Shown here piece by piece: positions 1-9,144 of a DNA stretch of 23,104 nt (positions are counted from its first letter, which is position 1; each line of letters opens with the position of its first letter). The stretch is from Candidatus Heimdallarchaeota archaeon (GTDB lineage: Archaea > Asgardarchaeota > Heimdallarchaeia > JABLTI01). Both the position numbers and the translations under genes were made by a program. The notes under the pieces were generated by a model. That model made no database searches. It saw only the letters and a program-made list of their open reading frames with translations, and was not told the DNA's origin. The DNA is taken from positions 1 through 23,104 of the forward strand of contig JAHLVW010000046.1 in NCBI GenBank assembly GCA_019058275.1, read 5' to 3'.

Positions 1-102
1 GGATTGAACCGTAATTTTGAGTTGGAAAATGCCAAAGAGTTTTTGTTTCTAAAGTTAAATCATGATCATTCATCGACAAAAATAGTATTTAGAAGTATAT
101 AA
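1..102 (+). CDS. 3' end of an unknown gene, truncated by the window edge
   Basis: Frame 1 is open from base 1 (GLNRNFELENAKEFLF...VFRSI) to TAA at 100-102, just before repeat copy 1. Confidence 0.3.
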   Translation, partial: GLNRNFELENAKEFLFLKLNHDHSSTKIVFRSI

Positions 103-119
103 ACTCAACAAAAAATAAT

Positions 120-192
120 GATGCTCAAGACTCACACTACTTCTGTAAGGTCTAGAAGTCCGGTTCGGGAAGGAGACGCTTAGGTGATAAGC
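120..192 (+). repeat. Array boundary repeat, copy 1
   Basis: gatgctcaagactcacactacttctgtaaggtctagaagtccggttcgggaaggagacgcttaggtgataagc. Confidence 0.92.
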
Positions 193-286
193 ATTTGTAG
201 ATTATACAATTAATTCTTTATAAAACCATAAGAAATAAAAAGAGAGAAGTGATTTGTTAAGCGAATAAGGAAATGGAGAGTAAACA

Positions 287-448
287 TTGGCTGATAACGA
301 ATACAACCATTATAATGAATTGAAGCTTATAAAAGCGATAAAGTTACTTGCTGAAAAGTCAAAAGATCTAGATGAATTCAAACATCATTTAGAAAAATTA
401 TGGGAGAAATGGGAAAATTTCTACAAACAAGTTCAATCAGATTTTTAA
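287..448 (+). CDS. Small helical hypothetical protein (53 aa), below the ORF-track cutoff
   Basis: GGAGAG RBS, then TTG start: MADNEYNHYNELKLIKAIKLLAEKSKDLDEFKHHLEKLWEKWENFYKQVQSDF*. Its stop overlaps the convergent RHH gene's stop in a shared TTAA. Confidence 0.5.
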   Translation: MADNEYNHYNELKLIKAIKLLAEKSKDLDEFKHHLEKLWEKWENFYKQVQSDF

Positions 449-675
449 GGTTCTTCTTTCATTAATCTATTAATACGCTCTTCAGTTGTTTCTCCATATG
501 TAAATATTGTTATTTCTTTTTGCACTTGCACTATATAACTCGATATGGCTCTTCTAATAAATTCAGGTATGCTACTAAATGCGTATTTTTCTTTCACATC
601 ACTTCTCACTATAAAATTCTCAATTGCCTGAGCCATTTCTTCAGGTATATGTATCGTTCTCCATCCTTTTGGCAT
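445..675 (-). CDS. Ribbon-helix-helix (CopG/Arc/MetJ-like) DNA-binding protein
   Basis: N-terminal strand RTIHIPEEM followed by helices with SSIPEFIRRAI, a typical archaeal RHH pattern. Confidence 0.7.
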   Translation of the reverse strand: MPKGWRTIHIPEEMAQAIENFIVRSDVKEKYAFSSIPEFIRRAISSYIVQVQKEITIFTYGETTEERINRLMKEEP

Positions 676-818
676 CGTTTAACCCACTCGAACTAATTGT
701 ATATGAATTTGTGTTTTTAGAATAATGATATAATATCAATACCATAAAGGTTAAATAAAGTAATGTTATACGCTTATAGTAACCTTATAATAAACTCCGT
801 CCGGGATAAAAGGGGGAA

Positions 819-2021
819 ATGAAAAATAAGTTATTAATATCCTTAATTGTAGGTTCAGTTATAGGATTAGTTGGAACTGCTAGTATGACTGGTGTGTTCA
901 TTTTCAAACAAGGTCAATAAACAGCAATGTTGGAAACCTATCAACAATTAGATGATAGTTTTACCGATCTTGAAACAACATTGGCAGAGTTACAAAATAA
1001 TTACACTAGTTTAGAGAATAATTACACAATTTTGTGTGGTAATAATACAGAATTACAAGCACAATATGATGATTTATACGAAGATCATCAAGAGCTGATT
1101 GATGATTATAATGATCTTAGTGACGCTTATACTATTCTAAATGGTAACTATAATGATTTACAAGATGCTTATAATCTATTATACAATTTATATAATCAAT
1201 TGATGGATGATTATAATATTTTGCTAGATCAATATAATGATGTATTAGATGAGCTGAATGCATTTATGAATTACATAAAATCACTACCTAGACTTGATAA
1301 GATGACCTATTATTATCATCTTTGTAGGATAAACAATATTCAATATTACTATCAAGCACACAGCTTTGCAAAAAATTTAATTTTACATTCATCGCTTCAA
1401 GAAAATAATTTTGATGAGATTGATGATATACTAGATAAATATGATTTCTTTGAAGAAATTAATTCAATGTTCGACTCATATTGGACGATAGAAAAATGTC
1501 TACAACGTTGGATACAATATAATGTTTTAACACTCCCAGTTTATCCTGATGACATTCATGATTGGATTACAAATAACCTTGAATATCGATATGATTCAGT
1601 AACGAACTGTGATCGTGAAGGACTTGTCTGAGATTTCTTTATGTCACCTTTAGAAACGCTAAAGTACCGATGCGGTGATTGTGATGATTTTAGCATTCTT
1701 GGTGGATATATGTTTGAAATTAATGGTGTTAATGTCAAATTTGCTACAATAAGCGATAATACTTACTATCCAGATGGATTAAATCATGCATTCCTATGGA
1801 TAAAGATTGTAGATTATCTGAGCCAAGAACCATGGTGGGCAACTAACAATCATTGGTCCTTTAATGGTAGTGTAAGTTATGACTGGATTATTGTTGATTG
1901 TACACCTGGATGGCAAAGCTCAATCTGGGATCGACCTGCTTGGTATCAATGGTATAAAGATAATAGTATTACTACTGCTGATTGGTATCAATTTGTAGCT
2001 ACTGTTACAGTTGATCCATAA
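819..2021 (+). pseudogene. Membrane-anchored coiled-coil plus transglutaminase-like cysteine protease, with two in-frame stops
   Basis: ATG 819 after a GGGGG RBS gives anchor MKNKLLISLIVGSVIGLVG. In-frame TAA at 918-920 and TGA at 1629-1631. ORFs 927..1631 and 1641..2021 share the frame. Y/L heptad repeats, then SPLETLKYRCGDCDDFSIL, HAFL and IVDCT (Cys-His-Asp triad). Confidence 0.8.
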
Positions 2022-2048
2022 TTCTTCTTTTTCTTTTTAATCTTTTTT
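2022..2048 (+). terminator. Oligo-T archaeal-type terminator
   Basis: ttcttctttttctttttaatctttttt directly after the stop. Confidence 0.5.
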
Positions 2049-2080
2049 AAAATCAATCTTAAAAGGATAATGTGTTTTAA

Positions 2081-2158
2081 CAACTTCTTCTTTAAGGTCA
2101 AGAAGTCCGGTTCGGGAAGGAGATGCTTAGGTAGAAGGACCTACTTGCTGTGCATCTC
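2081..2158 (+). repeat. Array boundary repeat, copy 2
   Basis: caacttcttctttaaggtcaagaagtccggttcgggaaggagatgcttaggtagaaggacctacttgctgtgcatctc. Confidence 0.92.
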
Positions 2159-2361
2159 TTTGATGAGCATTTTTTTTATAAATAAAATTATGAAGGAAAA
2201 GTAAAACCCATTATACAATATATAATTGATAATTTTACAAGTTATAAAAGAGGGGTGAAATTCTATTTCGTTGATGAAAATGGAGAAGTCGAATCCATTC
2301 ATTGGCAGAATTTTATTAAACTTGTATGACAAATATACTATTTAACTGAGGGAGTTTAATT

Positions 2362-2895
2362 GTGTCAGAAAAAACTATGGCAAAAGCTGGTTTGATTATC
2401 CTTTGTATTGCAATTGCAGTTGGATCGGTTTTTGGAATTCTTGGTGGAAGCATAGGATTAGCATTTAGTGGAGATTATGGTTGGATAGCATTAATTGTAG
2501 GATCTGCTCTTTTATTCATTAGTGCTGTATATAGTATTTTCAGAATTTCACTTAGTAAAAGATTTCCAACTACTGAGAGAGAGAAAAAATCTCCTAAATA
2601 TACTCTCATCTGGATAGTTGTAGCGATTGCATCTCGTGCTGGAGCAGTTTTATCTTATTTCTTTGGTTTGAAAATGACTCATAATAAATGATTATTACTT
2701 GTAATCATAGCTCCTCTTGCTGCTTTGTGTTTGTTTTCAATAGTCGTTTTAATTTCTAGTGGGAAACGAAAAGCTGCAAAAGTAGCTGATACTATACCTC
2801 TTACAGATGTTGAAAGCAAAATTAACGAAGAGCTGAAAGATGAATTAGAAACAAAATCATCAAACAATCTCTCTGAATATGTTTTCGAATTTTAG
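2362..2895 (+). pseudogene. Four-TM membrane protein with an in-frame TGA at 2689-2691
   Basis: GAGGGAG RBS. After HNK* the frame continues with another hydrophobic helix (LLLVIIAPLAALCLFSIVVLISSGKRK) and a charged tail to TAG at 2893-2895. Confidence 0.7.
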
Positions 2896-2910
2896 AAGAA
2901 TAAGAAAAAA

Positions 2911-2956
2911 ATGTAGAATCTCTGCACACACTTCTTCTTTAAGGTCTAGAAGTCCA
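2911..2956 (+). repeat. Array boundary repeat, copy 3 (right extension absent)
   Basis: atgtagaatctctgcacacacttcttctttaaggtctagaagtcca. Confidence 0.92.
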
Positions 2957-3277
2957 TAATATTCGTGATAAGCTTTATAGATAAAAATAAGTTATTGAAA
3001 AAAAATAAATAAAACCTTTCTTCTTTCATCATATTTTTTCATAATTTCAACAACAAACAAACCAAAATCCCTTGATTTCATATAAAATATATAAAATATT
3101 GGCATAGGTTACATACATCTACTGTAGCTTAAATAAAAGCAAAGCTATATATTTTTCATATTCATATTTTTAATGAATAGTTAGGTAAAATTTTTGAATA
3201 TAGTTTGTTATGTTATAACATCAATTTTACTCAATAAAACTGAGCAATTCAATGATTTTTTTGGAGGAAAACATACT

Positions 3278-4924
3278 ATGAATAAAAAAATAAGTTATAC
3301 ATTCTTAATTTTCAGTTTAATTCTTACTATGCCAATAATCACTGCTAATGCCAATCTTGGTCCTCAAGAATTGGTAAATAATGAGATTACAGCTAATTGT
3401 GAAGATAATAAACAACAGATTATTGCATTGGATGGTTCCTATATTTTTAATGGAACAACCATTGATATTAATACTATTAATGAAACTTGGATTGAGGTTA
3501 ATCTCAATGGAACACTCCTAGTGCAAATATATCAGGGAGATGACCATTTAAAAGTCATTTTTCAACGAATTGTTATCCCAACAAATGAATTAATCATGTC
3601 ATTAGAGATGTATTCTTTTGAATATGATAATACTACTTTATCAATAGATCTTCCTTCAGGAATAGAAATTAGTGCTTCATATAACTATCTTGGAATTTGG
3701 ACTTTTAGAATTGCTGATTTCACTATTTCCTGGGCAAAAGAAGCTCATATACTAGATGTCTTTAATACTGATTTTCATGTGCACATTGAAGATTATGGTA
3801 CATATGAACGAATTTTTGTGAATTACTTTGGTTATTTGATTAATGTCTATAGATGGGCGGATCGAAGTTGGATTGTAAATTTTGGCGAGATATATAAAGT
3901 AAATGCTACTTACATTCCACCTGTTGAATCTGGTACACTAAATGTAACATATCAAAAAGAAGCTGGTCCAGTAATTCCTGTCTTTACCGATTTTCCAGAC
4001 TATAACATGGAAGACCCCGAAGTATGGCATGATATGGATGGCTTCCTAACAATCGCTTTTATTGAAACAGTTTTAATCATCGCTCATGACAACTTTGTTA
4101 TTTCCATTTATGAAGATAAAGTTGTTTTAGACTATGTCTTTGTTTCCATAATCATTTACATGACTACAATTATTGAACGTATAGTTATTATGTTCTATGA
4201 GTATACCATCATTTATTATTTTACTATAGTTGAGTTATTTCTAGTAATTATTTGGGAAACAATTGAACTCAAAGTATATCAATATCAAATTATCATTGTT
4301 TATGAGATATTTGAAATAATAATTCTGATTTTTGAAAATCACTATGAAGTTTTGGTTGTTTTTCATTTAGAATTATGGATTATTGAAATAGTTTTTGTGA
4401 TTCTTCTCTTTGGTCCAGTAATCATTCAACCGGTAATCATTCGAATATTACCTTTCATCATTCCCATATTAGTTCCAATGTATTTCTGGATTCCAGTTTT
4501 CATCAACCAATATACCTACATTTATTTGCCATATCTCGCAGAAGAAATATTCATCGATATTTACAATGAATTGCTTGAATCACCAACTCACACTATAGAT
4601 TTTTATGTTTATGATCATTTAGCTAATCCCATTGTTGATGCTAATGTTTTTGTTAATTACAATGGTTCAGATTATAGCACCACAAGTTTGGCTGGAGGTA
4701 TTTATAGAGTAGAATTACCTGCATCAGATCAAGCTGAAGTCATAACTGTTACAGCTACAAAAACCTTCTATCCTACTGCTACTCTCGTTTATACTTTAGA
4801 AGTAAATTGGAGTACTGCTATTGTAACAACAGTTGAAGCATCTTTGCCTTTATTTACTATAATTGTTTCATTAATCTCTATAGTAATTGGTACTATGGTT
4901 TATAATAGGAAAAAGATGATTTAA
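3278..4924 (+). CDS. Secreted/surface protein with signal peptide, Ile/Val/Tyr/Phe-rich core, Ig-like C-terminal domain and C-terminal TM anchor
   Basis: GGAGG RBS before ATG 3278 (preferred over 3194). Signal MNKKISYTFLIFSLIL. C-terminus ASLPLFTIIVSLISIVIGTMVYNRKK is a TM segment plus basic tail. Confidence 0.8.
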   Translation: MNKKISYTFLIFSLILTMPIITANANLGPQELVNNEITANCEDNKQQIIALDGSYIFNGTTIDINTINETWIEVNLNGTLLVQIYQGDDHLKVIFQRIVIPTNELIMSLEMYSFEYDNTTLSIDLPSGIEISASYNYLGIWTFRIADFTISWAKEAHILDVFNTDFHVHIEDYGTYERIFVNYFGYLINVYRWADRSWIVNFGEIYKVNATYIPPVESGTLNVTYQKEAGPVIPVFTDFPDYNMEDPEVWHDMDGFLTIAFIETVLIIAHDNFVISIYEDKVVLDYVFVSIIIYMTTIIERIVIMFYEYTIIYYFTIVELFLVIIWETIELKVYQYQIIIVYEIFEIIILIFENHYEVLVVFHLELWIIEIVFVILLFGPVIIQPVIIRILPFIIPILVPMYFWIPVFINQYTYIYLPYLAEEIFIDIYNELLESPTHTIDFYVYDHLANPIVDANVFVNYNGSDYSTTSLAGGIYRVELPASDQAEVITVTATKTFYPTATLVYTLEVNWSTAIVTTVEASLPLFTIIVSLISIVIGTMVYNRKKMI

Positions 4925-4949
4925 TTTCTCTTTTTCTTTATCTTTTTTT
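4925..4949 (+). terminator. Oligo-T terminator
   Basis: tttctctttttctttatcttttttt after the stop. Confidence 0.5.
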
Positions 4950-5089
4950 ACAAAAATGGATACTGAGATATTGAGATATTAGCTGCATTATAATACTCTT
5001 CATTTGATATAAAAAATTACTATTACTAAAATCAGAGTAAGAAGCTTGATTAATTCAAGATCAAATCACATAATTTTATAAAAAAAATA

Positions 5090-5121
5090 GATGCAACAGG
5101 ATTTACACTTCTTCTTTAAGG
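5090..5121 (+). repeat. Array boundary repeat, copy 4 (left half only)
   Basis: gatgcaacaggatttacacttcttctttaagg; similarity ends abruptly after AAGG. Confidence 0.75.
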
Positions 5122-5152
5122 AGATTATATAACAAGAACTCATATTTCCCTT

Positions 5153-5602
5153 TTAAGATTCAATGGAGTTATCTTCAATAATAGCTTTGTGCTTTTTTCG
5201 ATACAAAAACCAGAGGAGAGCACTAAAGGAAAGAATGAAATAGAAGCAAAAAGGAAGAAGAGAAAGCAAAAGAAAAGGGAAATCAAAGGATTCCCAACTC
5301 TCATTAAAAACAAACAAAGACAAAAGAATGTAAATGAGAAAAGCTAAGAATACAAGAAAACTGGTAAGGGTAAGAGAAAGAGAAATCAGATTTAGACGCA
5401 CACTTCTCAGCTGCTCATCTGAGAGATGACGATAAAGAAAATCTCGAGAACGGGAACGTAAAATGTAAGAAATGGTGAAAAAAATAGGTAGTCCAACTAA
5501 AAGACCTCCAAGAATCATCCCAAAACAACCCAAAGTATAGAAGCGATAAGGATAATCCGTAATATTCAGTGATTCAAGAAATGAAGGAAAAAACAAAATC
5601 AC
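5153..5602 (-). CDS. Membrane protein of unknown function (about 3 TM)
   Basis: Three long hydrophobic segments, a basic/acidic C-tail and a purine-rich RBS upstream. Confidence 0.7.
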   Translation of the reverse strand: MILFFPSFLESLNITDYPYRFYTLGCFGMILGGLLVGLPIFFTISYILRSRSRDFLYRHLSDEQLRSVRLNLISLSLTLTSFLVFLAFLIYILLSLFVFNESWESFDFPFLLLSLLPFCFYFILSFSALLWFLYRKKHKAIIEDNSIES

Positions 5603-5700
5603 TTCCTATACTTCCCCCAATTTACTCAAATAGAGATGGAACACATCACATCTTTCTTACATTAAATATATCTATCTTTCAATAAAAACTAATTGTTCAC

Positions 5701-5726
5701 ATCTCTTCTTCAAGCAAACCTAGGTG
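5701..5726 (+). repeat. Short variant-spacer site related to copy 7
   Basis: atctcttcttcaagcaaacctaggtg versus atctccacttcttcaagcaatacctagatg at 11945. Confidence 0.5.
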
Positions 5727-5750
5727 CAACTAGGCAAATAAAAAACAAAA

Positions 5751-5862
5751 ATGTAGAATCACTGCACACACAACCTCTTTAAGGTCTAGAAGTCCATTTC
5801 GGGAAGGACACGCAAAGGTGTTAAGTACCTACCGGCTGAGCATCTCGCTCGAAGATTTGACC
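5751..5862 (+). repeat. Array boundary repeat, copy 5 (longest)
   Basis: atgtagaatcactgcacacacaacctctttaaggtctagaagtccatttcgggaaggacacgcaaaggtgttaagtacctaccggctgagcatctcgctcgaagatttgacc. Confidence 0.92.
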
Positions 5863-5978
5863 TGGAAAAATTATCTCCAGTTGTTAGCATAAACATTTTC
5901 TGAATTCTAATCAGAGTATTATTATAGAAGGAAATTAAATAGAATGATAAAGATCTACTGACAGATAATGTGAAGAAG

Positions 5979-6224
5979 ATGGCAGAAGTAGTAGTAATAG
6001 GAAAGAAATTCCTTATGGAAATACCAAAGGAAATTCGAGAAAAAGCAAATTTGAAGGAAGGACAAAAAGTAAAATTAACAGTCAAAGGAAAAGAAATTAT
6101 CTTACAACTAATAATAGACCCTCTCGAACTAGCATTAACTGCTTCAAAATTCGCTGAAACAACCTTTGAAGAATTCGAACAAGAATCTGAGGAAATGCAA
6201 AATGAGCTCTTCAAAGAGCGATAA
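5979..6224 (+). CDS. AbrB/MazE/SpoVT-family antitoxin
   Basis: IPKEIREKANLKEGQKV swapped-hairpin motif and an acidic C-tail. Confidence 0.85.
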   Translation: MAEVVVIGKKFLMEIPKEIREKANLKEGQKVKLTVKGKEIILQLIIDPLELALTASKFAETTFEEFEQESEEMQNELFKER

Positions 6225-6252
6225 AATACCTTTAGATACTACTTACCCTTAA
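6202..6252 (+). pseudogene. 5' remnant of a PIN-domain (VapC-like) toxin
   Basis: Overlaps the antitoxin 3' end. MSSSKSDKIPLDTTYP* resembles the first PIN strand (hhhDT). Confidence 0.5.
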
Positions 6253-6282
6253 AGTATGATAATAATTACTTCTACCTTTGTT

Positions 6283-6564
6283 TTATCTGTAGGCTTTCTT
6301 TCGGTGAGAGATTCTTATGATAACCACAATTACTTCCTTGATGTAAATTTTATACAGAATACGATAATTCCCCGTTTTAGCTCGATAGGTGTTTTTCTTA
6401 TTGCGCATTCTTATGGCTGGAACTTGGAAAGGAAATTTCAAGGAATGAATAATATCCATAATTTGCTTCTGAATATTTTTTGGAAGCTTCTTTAGTTCTT
6501 TATCAACCACAGGAAGGAGATAAACCTTATACTCTCTTCTCTTGGGATTCTTACTCGACATCAC
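6283..6564 (-). CDS. relE: RelE/ParE-family toxin
   Basis: KELKKLPKNIQKQI, YRAKTGNYRILY and IRISHRKKAY; start overlaps the antitoxin stop. Confidence 0.88.
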   Translation of the reverse strand: MMSSKNPKRREYKVYLLPVVDKELKKLPKNIQKQIMDIIHSLKFPFQVPAIRMRNKKNTYRAKTGNYRILYKIYIKEVIVVIIRISHRKKAYR

Positions 6565-6752
6565 TTCACCAGAACAAGTTTATCAAAAGCCTTTTCCTTG
6601 ATGATTTTATCTGCTTGAATAATTCGTTCTAGTTCTTCTTCTATAAGGTAATCCTCTTCCACAATTAACAAAAGGAGTTGTTCAATTCGGTTTATTTTTT
6701 CCTCTAGTTGATTAATTCTCTCAAGAACAATATTCTCATTCTCTGTTGTCAT
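6561..6752 (-). CDS. Cognate antitoxin of the RelE toxin
   Basis: Small acidic protein directly upstream of relE with a 4-nt overlap. Confidence 0.75.
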   Translation of the reverse strand: MTTENENIVLERINQLEEKINRIEQLLLLIVEEDYLIEEELERIIQADKIIKEKAFDKLVLVK

Positions 6753-6936
6753 TGAAGATGCTCCTATGATGTTTCATGTACATAAATGTTAATATACATT
6801 ATTATTAAGAACATTTTAGTTTTATTTAAGATTATTAAAAAAAGTAATATTATACTGGATAGAAGATTTTTTTCCTACTAGAGATATAACCCTTTACTTC
6901 AACTATGAAAGAAACCAACTTGAAGAAATACTGAAG

Positions 6937-6991
6937 CACTTACTTCCTCTTTAAGGTTAAGAAGTCCAGTTCGGTAATGACAATTAAGTAC
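6937..6991 (+). repeat. Array boundary repeat, copy 6
   Basis: cacttacttcctctttaaggttaagaagtccagttcggtaatgacaattaagtac. Confidence 0.85.
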
Positions 6992-7039
6992 AATATTCAA
7001 GAAAAAAACAATCAATGAATAATTGGAATTGGTTTAGTT

Positions 7040-7612
7040 TTAAATTAGAATTATTAAACCAATTGAAGCAAATAAAATTGCTGAGAGTACTAAATTAATT
7101 ATCAACATTATTATTGAACGATTAACCCATTTCATTTTTTGCACAACAGCATTTGAGATATTGTATGTTTGCTTAGCATAATCAGAAAAAATGTCATCTT
7201 CTTCTAAGGATTTCAAATCTTTTATGTAGCTTTCAGCTGAATCATAAGATTCAATATTACGATAATATAATCGGCTTCTATTTTCATTACTATCTTGTTT
7301 CATTTTTCCGAATAGATTCTTTTTTTGACTAGGTATTCTATCTTTATAGATGACGATGGAAAAAATAATGCCAATAAGTGTTGTAGCAACATATAACCCT
7401 ACAAATATTAAAAATAATATTCGGTATTTATTCAACATCCCACTGACTTTACTGACAGTATCTGTTATTAATGCAGTACCCAAACCAAGTGAAAAAACTA
7501 AACTTTGTATAGAAATTGTTATGTTTGCTTTTGAATCAGCTCTAGCTGCTTCATCTAATGAAGTATTATATGCATGGACTACAACAGTTTTTCGCGAAAT
7601 ATCAATAGGCAC
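7040..7612 (-). CDS. Pycsar transmembrane effector-like protein (PycTM/DUF5706)
   Basis: ADSKA motif before TM1, then TM2, LYYRNI, YAKQTYNISNAVVQKMKWVNRSI and a final TM. AGGAGG RBS. Confidence 0.72.
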   Translation of the reverse strand: MPIDISRKTVVVHAYNTSLDEAARADSKANITISIQSLVFSLGLGTALITDTVSKVSGMLNKYRILFLIFVGLYVATTLIGIIFSIVIYKDRIPSQKKNLFGKMKQDSNENRSRLYYRNIESYDSAESYIKDLKSLEEDDIFSDYAKQTYNISNAVVQKMKWVNRSIIMLIINLVLSAILFASIGLIILI

Positions 7613-7731
7613 ATATTTCCCTCCTAAATATTATTAACTTGTTATTAGATAAATAATTTCACCACAAATTTTAAGATAAAAATGCAGAGTCATTCAACAT
7701 TCATGTTTTCTTTTTTAATTAATTCAAAATT

Positions 7732-8835
7732 CTAGCCTGATAATTTGATTTTCATTGAAGAAGCATTCTTGTCAATGACTATTAGTTTGTAATTATATTC
7801 TTTAGGTTTGTATTTGTTAAGGAGTTTCTTGATATTATTAGTAATATTTGTTACATAAATTTCTATCTCTCGATTTTGTTCATTTGCTACTTCTACAATC
7901 CACTTTAGGGGTGGAAATTCAGGATTTCCATGATAACCATTTCCTGATATAATGTATTTATCTGCAAGAATTGTTCTAAAGAAATCGACTGTAACATTTC
8001 TATCACTCCCGTGATGTGGTAATTTTAAAACATCCACTTTAAGTTTCCCTTTTTTATCAAGTAATCTTAACTTTGTTAATCCATCAATGATATGTTTGCC
8101 AAGTCCATCTCCTGTTAAGAGAATACTTTTGTTATCAACTTCTGCAAGTACCATAATGCTACTTAAATTTGGTATGCTATCATCAGCTTTTTTTATTAAG
8201 CTCTTTTCTACATCTCGGTGCATTAATTTTTTTTCATAATCTGTGATCCATTTCTCCCAGTGCCCTTTCAGTTTATCAAGAGTTTTCTTAGTAGGTCCTA
8301 TAATGAATAATTTTAGATTGTCAAACTTAATTGGATTAGAAGGATTTTCTAATGAAATCAAATTTCCTTTGAATTTCTTGTTTATATTTATATCTAGCAA
8401 ATCAGCTAATTGCTTCAATTCTTCACCTTGACTTATTCCTCTGTGAACATTTCTTTCAGGAGTTTTAGCTAATCTTACATCACGTATCTTTATCAGTAAT
8501 TTTTTTATTCGTTTTTCCAATTTATCGTCAATATTGAAAGATTTTCCAAATGAATTATACCATAGTTGATCAAAAGCAATAATTTTCTGTTTAGCATACG
8601 ATTCTACGAATAACTCAGTTAAACCAATAATATGATCATTATCAACATGTGTCGATATTATAAGATCAAGCTTTTCTCCCTTTTGATTTATTTTTTGTAA
8701 TTCATTACGTAAATGATGTTCATATATTGTTTCTGGACCACCATCTATTAAGATATATTTTGGTTTTTTATGAGTACCATATTCCAGAATAAAACAATCA
8801 CCATGTTCTGCTTGTATCATATGGAAGTTAAACAT
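7732..8835 (-). CDS. Metallo-beta-lactamase-fold hydrolase (ComEC/Rec2- or Avs1a-like)
   Basis: AEHGDC, LIDGG, THVDNDHI (HxDxDH), LLTGD, KLPHHGS and HGNP motifs. Confidence 0.88.
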   Translation of the reverse strand: MFNFHMIQAEHGDCFILEYGTHKKPKYILIDGGPETIYEHHLRNELQKINQKGEKLDLIISTHVDNDHIIGLTELFVESYAKQKIIAFDQLWYNSFGKSFNIDDKLEKRIKKLLIKIRDVRLAKTPERNVHRGISQGEELKQLADLLDININKKFKGNLISLENPSNPIKFDNLKLFIIGPTKKTLDKLKGHWEKWITDYEKKLMHRDVEKSLIKKADDSIPNLSSIMVLAEVDNKSILLTGDGLGKHIIDGLTKLRLLDKKGKLKVDVLKLPHHGSDRNVTVDFFRTILADKYIISGNGYHGNPEFPPLKWIVEVANEQNREIEIYVTNITNNIKKLLNKYKPKEYNYKLIVIDKNASSMKIKLSG

Positions 8836-9144
8836 AATACCACATTCAAAGAGTCAGATCTGAGTTTTCATGTTTATATCCTATTATTTTCTAAAAGATT
8901 GTACTGCAAATGTAACATTCAAGGAAGGTTGTTTTATTTTTACACTATTTCCTGATTTAAGTAAATTTAAGTCTGTAATATTTAGAAATAGTTCCCTCCA
9001 AAAAACAATTGATTATATTGATATTTATAATTTTTCCTACATTTAAATTTAGAATTTTCAACTTGAAATAAGGATTTTTTTAGAAGAAAGAATATAAGGG
9101 ATAATTTACATATTCTAATGTAATATTTTGGTGGTGGAGGGAAA

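Noticed and set aside
1629-2691. Genome-wide TGA reassignment
   Set aside because: TGA clearly terminates several overlapped TA genes in this window.
1556-2867. ORFs 1556..1738, 2141..2332 and 2679..2867 (all -)
   Set aside because: Antisense to supported genes, or AT-rich intergenic ORFs running into a repeat.
5751-5862. The repeat as a duplicated fragment of a protein-coding target gene (- strand LPPKRVLPELDF* or RTGLLDLKEEVC)
   Set aside because: Some synonymous-looking changes exist, but non-synonymous changes outnumber them, several copies have stops, and I cannot name a matching protein. Unsupported without a search.
5786-6495. ORFs 5786..6214 (-) and 6256..6495 (+)
   Set aside because: Antisense shadows of the AbrB and RelE genes.
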